Shown: positions 28,390-38,106, counted from the stretch's first letter. The stretch: DNA of 64,000 nucleotides from Candidatus Latescibacterota bacterium (GCA_965208105.1 OZ242318.1:992001-1056000); one strand, 5' to 3'. Translations and numbers: made by a program. The notes: generated by a model not told the origin, from the letters alone.

Positions 28390-29619
28390 CTACCAGGCGA
28401 GGTGCCAGGGAACAGCGCGGATGCCCGGCCGCAAAGCATGCGGTGCATCGACGCGGCAAGCGAGGACGCCGCGAGCTTGAGTGCCGGCAAGGTCGAGCCA
28501 GCGCGCCAGACCCTCAGCGTGGTTTGGCGAAGGCATGGCCGTAGCCTCGACCTCGATGCCGTAGGGCGAGCCGCCGCGTTCGATGACGAGATCTACTTCG
28601 GCGATGGTGTTCGATTGCCAGTAGTACAGGTTCGGTTTTTCGCCCTGTTGCCGACAGGCTTTCAGCCATTCTCCTACCACGGCTGTTTCCACCAGCGCTC
28701 CCAGACTGGGGCCCTGGAGGACTGATTCCTGCGTGTGGAGGCCGAGAAAGAAGGTGGCCAGCCCAGGGTCAATCAGGTAGAGCCTGGGACTTTTGCGCAG
28801 GCGTTTGCCCAAGTTGCGGTAATAGGGTTGCAGCAGATAAATGATCTGGCTGGTTTCCAGCACCGAAAGCCAGCGCTTGACCGTCGGGTTGCTGACGCCG
28901 ACTTCGCGGCTGAGTTCGGTCATGTTGAGCGTGGTACCAGTGCGGGCACCGACGAGCATGAGGAAGCGGGTGAAAGCCCCCAGGTTGGCGATCTGGGCGA
29001 GGTCGCGCACGTCGCGTTCGAGGTAGGTTTGGACATAGCTGCCAAACCAGAGTTGTCGATCCACCCGCGGGTTGACCCTTGGCTCGGGGAAGCCGCCGCG
29101 CAAGAGCCAGTCTGCGAGGTTGACAGGCTGCACTGGTCGGTCCGTTGCCCAGGGATTGTTGAACACCTTGTCCAGCAGGGCATCAATGCCAGACGGCGCT
29201 GGTTGTTGTTCGACTTCGGTTGTGGAGAGCGGGTCCAGGGTGAGGACGGCGACGCGACCTGAGAGGGTTTGGCTGAGGCCGTGCATGAGCGCGAAGTGCT
29301 GCGATCCGGTCAGAAGCCAGCGGCCAGGGAAGCGGTTCGCGTCGATATCTTCCTTGATGTAGTGGAGGAGGTCCGGCGCGTATTGGATCTCGTCGAGGAT
29401 AGCCGGTGGGGCGGCCTCGGCGAGGAAGGAGATTGGATCGGCCTGGGCGCGCGCCCGGATGTCGGGGCGTTCGAGCGAGAGATAGCGGTGAGAAGCGCCA
29501 AACTCCCGGCGCAACAAGGTAGTTTTGCCCGTCTGCCGCGCACCGGTGATCAGCACGGCGGGAAAGGATGCGGCAGCCCGGAGGACAGTTTGCGTTAAAT
29601 GGCGCTTAACATAGGGCAT
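28390..29619 (-). CDS. AAA+ ATPase, AAA_14/DUF4143 family
   Basis: GARQTGKT, ILDEIQ, LTGSQ, GGFP, EVDLV; the usual IEVK reads IEVE. Confidence 0.9.
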   Translation of the reverse strand: MPYVKRHLTQTVLRAAASFPAVLITGARQTGKTTLLRREFGASHRYLSLERPDIRARAQADPISFLAEAAPPAILDEIQYAPDLLHYIKEDIDANRFPGRWLLTGSQHFALMHGLSQTLSGRVAVLTLDPLSTTEVEQQPAPSGIDALLDKVFNNPWATDRPVQPVNLADWLLRGGFPEPRVNPRVDRQLWFGSYVQTYLERDVRDLAQIANLGAFTRFLMLVGARTGTTLNMTELSREVGVSNPTVKRWLSVLETSQIIYLLQPYYRNLGKRLRKSPRLYLIDPGLATFFLGLHTQESVLQGPSLGALVETAVVGEWLKACRQQGEKPNLYYWQSNTIAEVDLVIERGGSPYGIEVEATAMPSPNHAEGLARWLDLAGTQARGVLACRVDAPHALRPGIRAVPWHLAW

Positions 29620-29638
29620 ATTATGCGAGACCTGGTTT

Positions 29639-29673
29639 CTTGCAAATTTAACATCTTATGTTAGATCTGCAAG
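29639..29673. promoter_or_regulatory. 35-bp palindrome, putative operator of the AAA-DUF4143 gene
   Basis: CTTGCAAATTTAACAT-ctt-ATGTTAGATCTGCAAG; same length and outer ends as 11388-11422. Confidence 0.6.
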
Positions 29674-29769
29674 AGTTGGTCGCCGCTTCCGGCTGGTTAC
29701 TTGAGGTAGAGCAACCGGCGTCTACGCTCCCTTGGGGTGACGCAGGCGCGGGCACAGTTCAAGTTCGCC

Positions 29770-29838
29770 GCCTGACCTGCCTTCTCGACTTGGCGCCTTG
29801 CCCGAGAGTCCAAAACGGTGCCTCATTTTCCTATACTT
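29770..29838 (+). repeat. Dispersed repeat, copy D (diverged)
   Basis: GCCTGACC..GGCGCCTTGCCCGAGAGTCCAAAACGGTGCCTCATTTTCCTATACTT. Confidence 0.75.
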
Positions 29839-29933
29839 CGATCTCGAGTTGGAGAAAATTGGATTAGCGACGGGAAGCAACTTGGTATTTCTACTTTAAC
29901 TCAAAAAATGTCGCCTACTTAATCCCCTCATTT

Positions 29934-30851
29934 TCACCCCGACTCTCTAATTTTGATCCTGGCCCGATCATTGTCCTCCAGGAGAAGCCTGAAGCCCGAT
30001 GGATAGGAAGATGGAATCTCGTAATTGACTGCTCTGTAACGAAAAGCACAACGGGCGTACCAGGGATAGGGATCCCCTTCGGCTCTCGACCACGGTCCCC
30101 AATTTCCGTTGTCTCCGCCACGCATCACAATGCTCCCATCCGAACTTGAATCTCTGGGGTCAGGTCCCACCGGATCAATTTCGTCTCTGTCTTCGTACTT
30201 CCTCTTCCCGTCAAGGGTATACTCCCACACCCCGCCCAGTATTTGCACCAGCCCCCAGGGATTGGGCTGGGTAGTGTAGCGGATTATGGATTCCGCTTTC
30301 TCGGGATCGTCTCCGGTCCACCATATCGTGGTGGTGCCCGCGCGTGCGGCATATTCCCATTCGGCTTCTGTGGGCAGGCGGAAGGTCAGGCCTGTTTGTT
30401 CGTTCAACAGGCCAATGTAATTCTGAATTTCACTCCAAGAAATTTTATTTATGGAGATTCTGAAGGGAGGCACCTTTTCGTCGGGATCCATGATGGCATA
30501 CCATTGTTTTTTTCTCACTTCGTATTTCCCCAGATAGAAGGGTTTGGTTATGGTGACTTTGTGCTGAGGACTTTCAAGGGAAATGGTTATTTCTTCGTAT
30601 CTGGTCGGATGAGCTTCTTTTTCCTTTTTATTAAAGCTTTTCCACTCTTCGATTAACTCCCTGGACGTGCCCATGAGAAAGGATCCGGGCTCGATCCGCA
30701 CGAAATCCATGAACTCATCGTCGGATACCCTTACCCTGACTTCCTCTATCTCCCTGTTGCCTGGAGCCTCCCTGGCTGTCGGTTTCGGGCGATCCTCCCG
30801 TGCGCACGACATAAATCCAAGCGCCAGAACTACAAATATTAAAGTATTCAT
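29934..30851 (-). CDS. FGE-sulfatase (SUMF1) domain lipoprotein
   Basis: Lipobox-like FMSC, F.MG, P.H.V, RLPTEAEWEYAARAG, PNPWGL, RGG, GFRL. Confidence 0.85.
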   Translation of the reverse strand: MNTLIFVVLALGFMSCAREDRPKPTAREAPGNREIEEVRVRVSDDEFMDFVRIEPGSFLMGTSRELIEEWKSFNKKEKEAHPTRYEEITISLESPQHKVTITKPFYLGKYEVRKKQWYAIMDPDEKVPPFRISINKISWSEIQNYIGLLNEQTGLTFRLPTEAEWEYAARAGTTTIWWTGDDPEKAESIIRYTTQPNPWGLVQILGGVWEYTLDGKRKYEDRDEIDPVGPDPRDSSSDGSIVMRGGDNGNWGPWSRAEGDPYPWYARCAFRYRAVNYEIPSSYPSGFRLLLEDNDRARIKIRESG

Positions 30852-31045
30852 TGCCCGCATGGCATAAGGACAAATAGGCCAGGGCAAGATTTAGGGCATC
30901 CCCTCCCGCGAGAATGATCAAGACTCCCCACAGGTGCGTCTTGCCCTGGCACTGGTATTTGAGGAGGTGGGAAAAAATAAGATAATCCACTGCAAATCCA
31001 GAATTTTTTTTATTTTACCTTGCGATTTTTGAGGCCGAGGCGAGG

Positions 31046-31546
31046 ATGGTGGATATCCTGGCCGGCAAGCTGGGCACCAGCAGGAAGTTCATCCTCTATC
31101 CTGCCCAGAGGACCGGGACTGTGCATACGGCGGCTGAGTACACTATAAACTCCCATCTGACTACGGTCTCCAACGTGGTTCATGAAATTGGGACCTGGGA
31201 TACGCATCAGTACACCGATGGCGTGCGCAATGACCTGGCCGAGGACCAAGGATCCCGTAACTACATCTTTGCCGTGCAGCAGGGCCGGCGCGACATCGAA
31301 GATGAGGATCACAAGCACTACCACGCCGACGACCGTATCAACGAGCGCACAGGGCGCATCAAGGACCTTCTGGAGCATGCCCTGGATCCTGATCGTGGCT
31401 CCAATCCGTGGAACAACAGCATATTCTTCTGGAATAGATGGAGTGAAGATGATGCGGAGGATGAAGACTTTCAGGATCCAGACACCTTCATTACCGTCGC
31501 TGAGCAGCAGGCCTACATGAACAAGGTGAAAGAGGCGCTCACCTAG
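31046..31546 (+). CDS. Hypothetical protein (possibly a 3' fragment)
   Basis: Coding-like ORF followed by a terminator; start uncertain. Confidence 0.45.
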   Translation: MVDILAGKLGTSRKFILYPAQRTGTVHTAAEYTINSHLTTVSNVVHEIGTWDTHQYTDGVRNDLAEDQGSRNYIFAVQQGRRDIEDEDHKHYHADDRINERTGRIKDLLEHALDPDRGSNPWNNSIFFWNRWSEDDAEDEDFQDPDTFITVAEQQAYMNKVKEALT

Positions 31547-31570
31547 CTTCCAGGGCCAGCAAACCACAAC

Positions 31571-31605
31571 AGCCGCCCCCTTTCCCGGAGGCGGCTTTTT
31601 CTTTT
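31571..31605 (+). terminator. Rho-independent terminator
   Basis: AGCCGCC..GGCGGCT stem followed by TTTTCTTTT. Confidence 0.75.
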
Positions 31606-31733
31606 CTGGGGAGGTGTGGAGGAAATGGGGATACTATCGGAGCGACATTCCCTTCAGATAAGGAAAAGAAGAGGAACCGCGGAGGCCCGGGAAAGTTCTA
31701 TCACGAGGGACTTTCCCTAACCGATTTTATGAA

Positions 31734-31846
31734 TGCAAGCTCGGTCGAAGAACCGGCAAACGATCCTCAGGAAGCTGCCTGACCCTGCCGGAGCGCTCGG
31801 CGCCTTGACCGAGAGTCCAGAAAGGCGCCTCATTTTGCCTAAACTT
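31734..31846 (+). repeat. Dispersed repeat, copy E (long form)
   Basis: Collinear with 26150-26260. Confidence 0.88.
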
Positions 31847-32179
31847 CATTCCCCTGTCCAGGTCAGGGTGCAGCCTTTCCAGAGGTTCACAGCTTCGGTA
31901 ATCGGTGCAAACGCTTGCTCGGGCGCCTCATTGCCGCCGGCCAGCCTTCTAAATATAGGGAGGGACAATTCCCACCAAAAAACCACTAATCATAGGCGAA
32001 ATCTCACCTTGGATTCACTCAAACCGGGGTACTCCACAGCCGGGAATTTTGGTGGGTTTTGGCTATACTTGGCCTGTTACCAAGAGAATAAATGCAGTTT
32101 ATCAAACCAACATAAGCGGCAGGTATTTTCCTTATAGTGATACGGGCCATTTCTCTTTTTCGCTTGGATTCTTCATCCT

Positions 32180-33367
32180 ATGAAAACTTGCCTATTCCTC
32201 CTTCTGGCCTTCCCTGTTTTTGGTGAAAGCTTTCCCCTCTATTTGGGAGCGAGAGGGCAATTCACATTCAGGCAGTCATTGCCAGGTTATAATAACAATG
32301 ATTTTTCTCTGGTGCACCGAATGGGCATAGAGGGGGGATCTTATCGCCTGATTGGGAAAAAGGAAATAGTGGGAATAGGCATGGGCGGGACGATTTATAG
32401 TGGGCGGAATAGGCAAGGGAATAGATATTGGAGTGTTCCCATTCATGCTGAATTTCAAATTTGGCACATTCCTGCGGAGCGGATCGGGGAAGGGAGATAC
32501 TATCGGGCAGGAATCAGAACAACGCGCTTCTTTCAGGGAAGCCGAGGAATTTGGGACTGGGATCGGGTTGATGACGGCAATATCTCTTTAAACATTGGTG
32601 GAGGCTATGGTTGGCCCATTGGCTCCTCTTATAATATTCGCTTGGAGGGAAAATTTGGATTTGAGGCCGAAAATTTAAATTTTCAATTAGCCATGAATTT
32701 TGGCAGGTGGTGGAATAAAAAAGAAATCCCTCTCCCTTCCTCCCACTCTCCTTCTCCTCCATCCGGCTTGACAGAGGAAGGAAGGGAGAGGAATGAATTG
32801 AAGGCCATTCATTCTCCTCCTACTTCTGCCCGGGCAGGCAAAGACGAAGCTTCTTTTTTCTGGGGAGGAATATTTGCCAATAAGCCCGATTACCCTAATA
32901 TTTCCCTGCCCTGCACCTGCATAAGTGGCACCATAGGCGCGCAAATAGGGAAATATCGGCCACTCGGAGACAATTGGATGGGAGGACTTTCTTTCATCTT
33001 CATTATTGACCGTTACGGCGATTACTATTACAGGCATGGATGGGATTGGGCTTTCCCTGCAAACTTGAACCTCAGCGCATTGCGCTTTTCTTCTCCCGAA
33101 AAGAGGGGAATTTTTTATAGGTTCGACCTGGGCCTTTCCTACCTACCAGTGTATAAGGGCAAGTGGAGTTTAACCAGGGAAGGCTATTGGGGAATGGGGT
33201 GGAATTGGCTGGTAGGGTTTGGCTATGCATTCTCCAATTCCTACATTTTGCAGGGAAATTTAATCACTCGGCATCATTATTACCTACGTCCCCATACTAC
33301 CTATAAATCTCCGCGTAATCCCTATGCCTATCCCCACATTTTTCTTTCACTCGGCAAATTTTTCTAA
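32180..33367 (+). CDS. Secreted/outer-membrane beta-barrel-like protein, two domains joined by a Pro/Ser linker; AT-rich
   Basis: Signal peptide, alternating aromatic/Gly strands, C-terminal Phe. Confidence 0.55.
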   Translation: MKTCLFLLLAFPVFGESFPLYLGARGQFTFRQSLPGYNNNDFSLVHRMGIEGGSYRLIGKKEIVGIGMGGTIYSGRNRQGNRYWSVPIHAEFQIWHIPAERIGEGRYYRAGIRTTRFFQGSRGIWDWDRVDDGNISLNIGGGYGWPIGSSYNIRLEGKFGFEAENLNFQLAMNFGRWWNKKEIPLPSSHSPSPPSGLTEEGRERNELKAIHSPPTSARAGKDEASFFWGGIFANKPDYPNISLPCTCISGTIGAQIGKYRPLGDNWMGGLSFIFIIDRYGDYYYRHGWDWAFPANLNLSALRFSSPEKRGIFYRFDLGLSYLPVYKGKWSLTREGYWGMGWNWLVGFGYAFSNSYILQGNLITRHHYYLRPHTTYKSPRNPYAYPHIFLSLGKFF

Positions 33368-33397
33368 TCCTTTTCTACTTCAGCAGCAGCATCTTGC
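33368..33397. repeat. 30-bp perfect direct repeat, right copy
   Basis: Identical to 28334-28363; the minus strand reads KMLLLK-stop. Confidence 0.9.
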
Positions 33398-33403
33398 GCT
33401 GCG

Positions 33404-34297
33404 CTATGCAGTAGCCGGGCCTGTATCGCGCAGGCCGGGAGGACGCCAGCGCTCGGTGAGCCTTGGCGCATGTGAGCGCACTGCGATGGAGAGCCGCTCC
33501 AGCCCGTCGACTTCGACGTCGACGCGGTCCCCGTCGTTGATGTTGCAGAGGCCCTCGTGGTGCGTGCCGCAGGCGATCAGGTCGCCGGGCATGAGGGTGA
33601 TGTAGCGGCTGAGCCAGACGATCTGCTCAATGATCGGGTACGCCATCGCCGACGTGCTGTAGTCCTGCTGAAGCTCCTCGTTCAGCCACAGCCGCACCCG
33701 CAGGTCCTGCGGGTCGGCGATCTCGTCTTTGGTGACCAGTGCAGGTCCCATCGGCGCCCAGTCGTCGATCCCCTTGGAGAGGAAGGTGGTGCGCCGCCCC
33801 TGCAGGCCCCGGCAGGACACGTCGATGAAGTTGACGTACCCGAAGACGTGGTCCATGGCGTCTTCCTCGGACACATGCCGCGCCTGCATGCCGATCACGT
33901 AGGCGATCTCCGGCTCCGGCTGATAGGCCGATGCACCTTCCAGGTCGGGAACCTCTATCGTCGTTCCCGTGCCGACGATGCTCGTCGCGCCCTTGTAGAA
34001 GAAATCGAGGATGCCTCTCCGCGCGCCCTCCCGTTCCAGGTAGTTCGAGAACGCGCCGAGGAGATGGCGCGGCCTCGGCAGCGGCGCCTGGATCTGCACG
34101 GAATCCCTGGGTACGCCCTGCTCGCTCTCTGCCAGCTGCTCGAACTGCGGGCGGTACTCGTCGAAGGCTTCGATCACCGCTTCCATGCGCCATTGCGCGG
34201 GCTGCTCAGCCAGGCTGCCCAGCGCCGGACTGAGGTCTACTACCCGGCCATCGCGGAGAAGGCCGGTCCTGGCATCATCGAACAGGACGAGTTTCAT
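33404..34297 (-). CDS. Fumarylacetoacetate hydrolase family protein
   Basis: EPEIAYVIG, VFGY..DVS, K..D.WAPMGP, L.PGDLI..GT. Confidence 0.88.
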   Translation of the reverse strand: MKLVLFDDARTGLLRDGRVVDLSPALGSLAEQPAQWRMEAVIEAFDEYRPQFEQLAESEQGVPRDSVQIQAPLPRPRHLLGAFSNYLEREGARRGILDFFYKGATSIVGTGTTIEVPDLEGASAYQPEPEIAYVIGMQARHVSEEDAMDHVFGYVNFIDVSCRGLQGRRTTFLSKGIDDWAPMGPALVTKDEIADPQDLRVRLWLNEELQQDYSTSAMAYPIIEQIVWLSRYITLMPGDLIACGTHHEGLCNINDGDRVDVEVDGLERLSIAVRSHAPRLTERWRPPGLRDTGPATA

Positions 34298-35220
34298 TCC
34301 TTTCCTCCTCTCGAGATGATGTTCTTCACGGCCCAGCCCGGATCAGGGTCGCCGGCCATCGCCTTCCGGACCTGGGGGCCGGGCGCACCTGCCGTACCCC
34401 ATTGGTCCGCAGTTTCCGGCACCCGTCTCCACACCGCGGGTTCGTGCGTCGCTTCGTCTTCGATGTGCTCTATGTCGCTGGAGAATTCGTTCACGTATCC
34501 GGCCGGATCCTTGTAGTAGCAGAAGATGTTGTTGCCCGGGCCGTGACGCCCCGGTCCCCAGGCGGGTTCCTGCCCCCGGGCACGCAGCTTGGAGACCCCT
34601 TTCATCACGTCGTCCACGTTCGCCATCACGTACGCGACATGGTTGACCGATGCGTGATCTGCGCGGCTGAAGACAACGACGTGATGTCTCCGGCCGCAGC
34701 GCAGGAAGGCCATCTGGTCCTCGATCCAGTCCGAGACCCGGAACCCGAGAAAATCGGTGTAGAACTCCACGATCTGCTCGAACCGCGGAGTGTTGAGACC
34801 CACGTGGCACAGCCGGCGGGGGGCGGCTTTCCTGGCAGACCGGCCGTTCGCGTGTTCGGCCACGCCGGCCGATAGCTCGATGCAGCGGTTCTCCGGATCG
34901 AGAAACCGCAGCCCGTATCCGCCGCCGGGTTCGTCCAGGTCGCCCGGCCGCGCCACGAGGGCAGCTCCCCGCCGTTCGAGCTCGGCTGCCGCCGCGTCGA
35001 CTGCTTCGCGTCCGTCAAGGCTGAAGGCCAGGTGGTGGAGCCCGTTCCGGTCGGCGGGATGCAGGCTGAGAACGTGGTGCCCGGTCGACGCGGCGCGGAG
35101 ATATCGTGCGTGCCGGTCTCCTCCGGCCGATTGGAGTCCCCAGTCCTCCAGGTAGTAGTCGGCGTGGGCCGCGATCGCCGGCGACAGCAACCCCACGTGG
35201 CGGATGTCCGTTATCTTCAC
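34294..35220 (-). CDS. VOC-family extradiol ring-cleavage dioxygenase-like protein
   Basis: Two VOC domains; HV.L, FLRC..HH, NHVAY, GPGRHG.GNN.F.Y..DP.G..E; start GTG 35220 (alternative ATG 35271). Confidence 0.85.
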   Translation of the reverse strand: MKITDIRHVGLLSPAIAAHADYYLEDWGLQSAGGDRHARYLRAASTGHHVLSLHPADRNGLHHLAFSLDGREAVDAAAAELERRGAALVARPGDLDEPGGGYGLRFLDPENRCIELSAGVAEHANGRSARKAAPRRLCHVGLNTPRFEQIVEFYTDFLGFRVSDWIEDQMAFLRCGRRHHVVVFSRADHASVNHVAYVMANVDDVMKGVSKLRARGQEPAWGPGRHGPGNNIFCYYKDPAGYVNEFSSDIEHIEDEATHEPAVWRRVPETADQWGTAGAPGPQVRKAMAGDPDPGWAVKNIISRGGKE

Positions 35221-35260
35221 CTGCGCGGCTCTCCTGCAGGTTCCCCGGTGGGTGGTCCGC

Positions 35261-35956
35261 TCATAAGACATTCCTCCGGGTCAACTCGATCTTCAAGTCC
35301 CGCCGGATGTAGATTTCGACGAACTCGCGCAGCCACACGTCCTTGGCCAGCGTGAACCGCTCGATCAGTTTCTGCTCGGGTCTTTCCGTGAGGTAGACGA
35401 TGCGCCACAGGTTGAGAGGCCGCAATTCGTCGCCGTCGACCGAATGCTCGACGTGAAAGAGAGGCTGTCCTTCCCCTGCTCGAAGCAGGTCCCCGTCCTT
35501 GTCGTGGAGTTCCGCCGCACCGATGAAAGTGGCACTCTGCCGCGCAGGGTTGAGGAAGACCTGTTCGAGGACCAATCCATGCTCTGACGGCTTGAGCCAG
35601 AGGCGCTGCCGCGAGCATCGCACGAAGGATTCGGCTCCGTCGGCCGCCGCCTGCCGGCGCCAATAATGGGAGCTGCCCACCGTTACGACGGAAGGAATAT
35701 AGAGATCGGGCCGGAACGCCTTTTTCACCTCCATGTCCCACAACATGGTCCGGGTGAACCCGAGCGGTTCGCTCGTGCGGTAATACCGGGCGAGCACCAG
35801 GTTGATGTCCACCGGAGACAGCTCGATCCGGGTGTTGCCCGGGTCGGTCCAGGCCCGCTCGAACTCTTCTTCATGTTTCAGCCGAGTGACGGTATTCGTC
35901 GCTTCCCCCCGAGCGCAGGCACCCTCCGCTTCGCCGCCAGGTTCAATGGCTCCCAT
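35261..35956 (-). CDS. Hypothetical protein
   Basis: Overlaps the permease stop within an operon; coding-like. Confidence 0.6.
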   Translation of the reverse strand: MGAIEPGGEAEGACARGEATNTVTRLKHEEEFERAWTDPGNTRIELSPVDINLVLARYYRTSEPLGFTRTMLWDMEVKKAFRPDLYIPSVVTVGSSHYWRRQAAADGAESFVRCSRQRLWLKPSEHGLVLEQVFLNPARQSATFIGAAELHDKDGDLLRAGEGQPLFHVEHSVDGDELRPLNLWRIVYLTERPEQKLIERFTLAKDVWLREFVEIYIRRDLKIELTRRNVL

Positions 35957-37703
35957 GGCCCGTCTCCGGAACCTTCACGTTGACTGTCACGATATCCGTG
36001 TCGTGGAATTGCTGGTGGCGAACGGAGGACGCGATGTGCCGCAACAGCCGCAGCGAGACTTCCCGCTCCATCAGCACGTCGTCGGGCCGGTCCGCCAGCA
36101 ATCCGATGCGGTCCTGCAGGTTCTCCTTGCCAGCCGAGGCAATGAACTCGAGGACGGCGCCGCCGCTCTCCTTGTGCGCCTTCAGGAGCAGGTGCCGCCG
36201 CTCGCGTCCCTCCCGGCCCTCGTCCTGCTCGATCAGCGTCAGCAAGGTCTCCTCGCTGGCGGCGTCGAGCCGGTCGACCATCTCCGCCCCCCAGCCGTTG
36301 CGGGATGCGAACCCATCGAGGAACTCCCTGATCTTCGGCAGCACGGACATATCGAACTCCACTTCGATCCGGCTGCGGCGGGGCGCCGTCGCTTCCAGAA
36401 ACAGGGTCATGAGGATCGCCAGGATACCCCCGGCTGTTATGCCGTTCCCCAGCAGGCCGCCCCCCAACTCCGCGAGCAGCTCGGGGAACAGAAGATCGTT
36501 CTGGCAGCCGACGCCGACCCAGAAGGCGACGCCCGCGATCAGCGCCTTGCGATGATCGATGCCGCCCTGCACCACCTCCGTCATTCCACGGACGAAGGTC
36601 AGCGCCAGCACGACGGTCAGATAGGCGACGACGACCGGGCTGGGTATCGCCAGTATCATGGCAAGGACCTTGGGCAGGAACGCCAGCACGATCAGCACGC
36701 CGGCGGCAACGATTCCCACCCGGCGCGCCGCGACTCCTGTCAGCTCGACCGTCGGGACGCTGACTCCGATAGTCTGAGTCGGCACGATCCCCGCGATGCC
36801 CGACAGCAGCTTGCCGATGCCGTCCGCGGTCACCGCACCCTCCACCGCCCGGTAGTCCACCGCCCGCGGCCGGCGCCACGACACGCGCTGGATGGCGACC
36901 GCCCCGGTGATCGTCTGGATAGCGCCGATGAGGGCCACGAAGGCGAAGGCAGGCAGGAGCTGCACGAAGGCCGGACCGAGGTCGAGCCCGATTCCCGGCC
37001 AGTTGCCCAGAGGCAAACCGATCCACGGAGCCCGGGCGATCAGGTCGAAGTCATAGAGACCCAACGATCCGCCAATAACCGATCCCGCTATCACCCCGAT
37101 GAGCGGAGCCCACAGACGCAGCGTTGCCCCCGCCTTCAGGGAGATGCCGCCGATGACCAGACCCGTCGCCACGGCGGTGAGCGGCGCGCTGAGGGCCGTG
37201 TCCTGCGGCGCGGCGGCCAGGCGGCTGAATACGACCGGCAGCACGGTCGCGGGTATCAGCATGTTCACGGTACCGACGATGGTCGGTGTGAGAAGCCGCC
37301 TGAACAGGGCCAGCCGCATCGAAATCACGATCGGGACGAGCGACGATGCGACGACGAGGGTGGCGAGCAACGCCGGACCACCCTCGCTGAGCGCGCTGAC
37401 GCAGACCCCGATGTAGGCTCCGGCGGGACCCATGAAGAGCAGGTATCCCGCTCCGACCCGGCTCAGCCTGAACGCCTGCAGGGCCGTGCAGATGCCACTG
37501 ACGGCGACCGCGCCGAACACGGCCCAGGACAGGTATGCATCGCTTCCGCCGCTGGCCCGGATGACGATAGTGGGGATGAAGATGATGCTGGTTATGCCGA
37601 GAACTACAAGCTGCAGGGCGCTGCCCAGGGACACGGGCGCCGGAGGATTCTCGTTCGGTTCGTATTGAACGTTGGAAGCGCTTTGATCGTCGCGGCTGCT
37701 CAC
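35943..37703 (-). CDS. NCS2 (xanthine/uracil) permease with a C-terminal soluble HATPase-like extension
   Basis: Y..NE.PP, LQ, G..ADG, TGVAARRVG; C-terminal EETLLTL..SLRLLRHIASSVRHQQ. Confidence 0.78.
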   Translation of the reverse strand: MSSRDDQSASNVQYEPNENPPAPVSLGSALQLVVLGITSIIFIPTIVIRASGGSDAYLSWAVFGAVAVSGICTALQAFRLSRVGAGYLLFMGPAGAYIGVCVSALSEGGPALLATLVVASSLVPIVISMRLALFRRLLTPTIVGTVNMLIPATVLPVVFSRLAAAPQDTALSAPLTAVATGLVIGGISLKAGATLRLWAPLIGVIAGSVIGGSLGLYDFDLIARAPWIGLPLGNWPGIGLDLGPAFVQLLPAFAFVALIGAIQTITGAVAIQRVSWRRPRAVDYRAVEGAVTADGIGKLLSGIAGIVPTQTIGVSVPTVELTGVAARRVGIVAAGVLIVLAFLPKVLAMILAIPSPVVVAYLTVVLALTFVRGMTEVVQGGIDHRKALIAGVAFWVGVGCQNDLLFPELLAELGGGLLGNGITAGGILAILMTLFLEATAPRRSRIEVEFDMSVLPKIREFLDGFASRNGWGAEMVDRLDAASEETLLTLIEQDEGREGRERRHLLLKAHKESGGAVLEFIASAGKENLQDRIGLLADRPDDVLMEREVSLRLLRHIASSVRHQQFHDTDIVTVNVKVPETGHGSH

Positions 37704-37806
37704 GAGACTCCCCTGGCCGGCCTGCCGTACGCCCGGTGATCCTGTTGCCCTGAGATGTAGCGAATCCCTCTTGGACCCAACGGGGCTGGGCGGTCTGGCA
37801 ACGCGC

Positions 37807-38106
37807 TCAGCCGGGGCGTCCCGTCAACCAGTTCCATGGGCGGACGTGAGACTCTGCGAAGGTGCCCGCCTGGGCGTAGGGACTGCCGGCGACGAATGCC
37901 TGTGCCACCTCGATCGATGGAGCTTCGAGCACGAGGACAAAGCCGGTAACGGTCTGGTCACTCTCGCTGAGCGTCTGCCCGCCATGATGAACGGTCACGT
38001 CGGGATGATGGCTATGATCGTGAAGGTAGGCGGCGAAGGCATCCTGCAACCGAAGCCTTTCCTGTCCCATTTCTGCCTTGTGAGTCGCGGAGACTACGCA
38101 ATACAT
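37807..38106 (-). CDS. YciI-family protein
   Basis: R.RL..A...YL, G..L.LEA.S.E.A..F...PY..AG.F..VRPW. Confidence 0.75.
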   Translation of the reverse strand: MYCVVSATHKAEMGQERLRLQDAFAAYLHDHSHHPDVTVHHGGQTLSESDQTVTGFVLVLEAPSIEVAQAFVAGSPYAQAGTFAESHVRPWNWLTGRPG

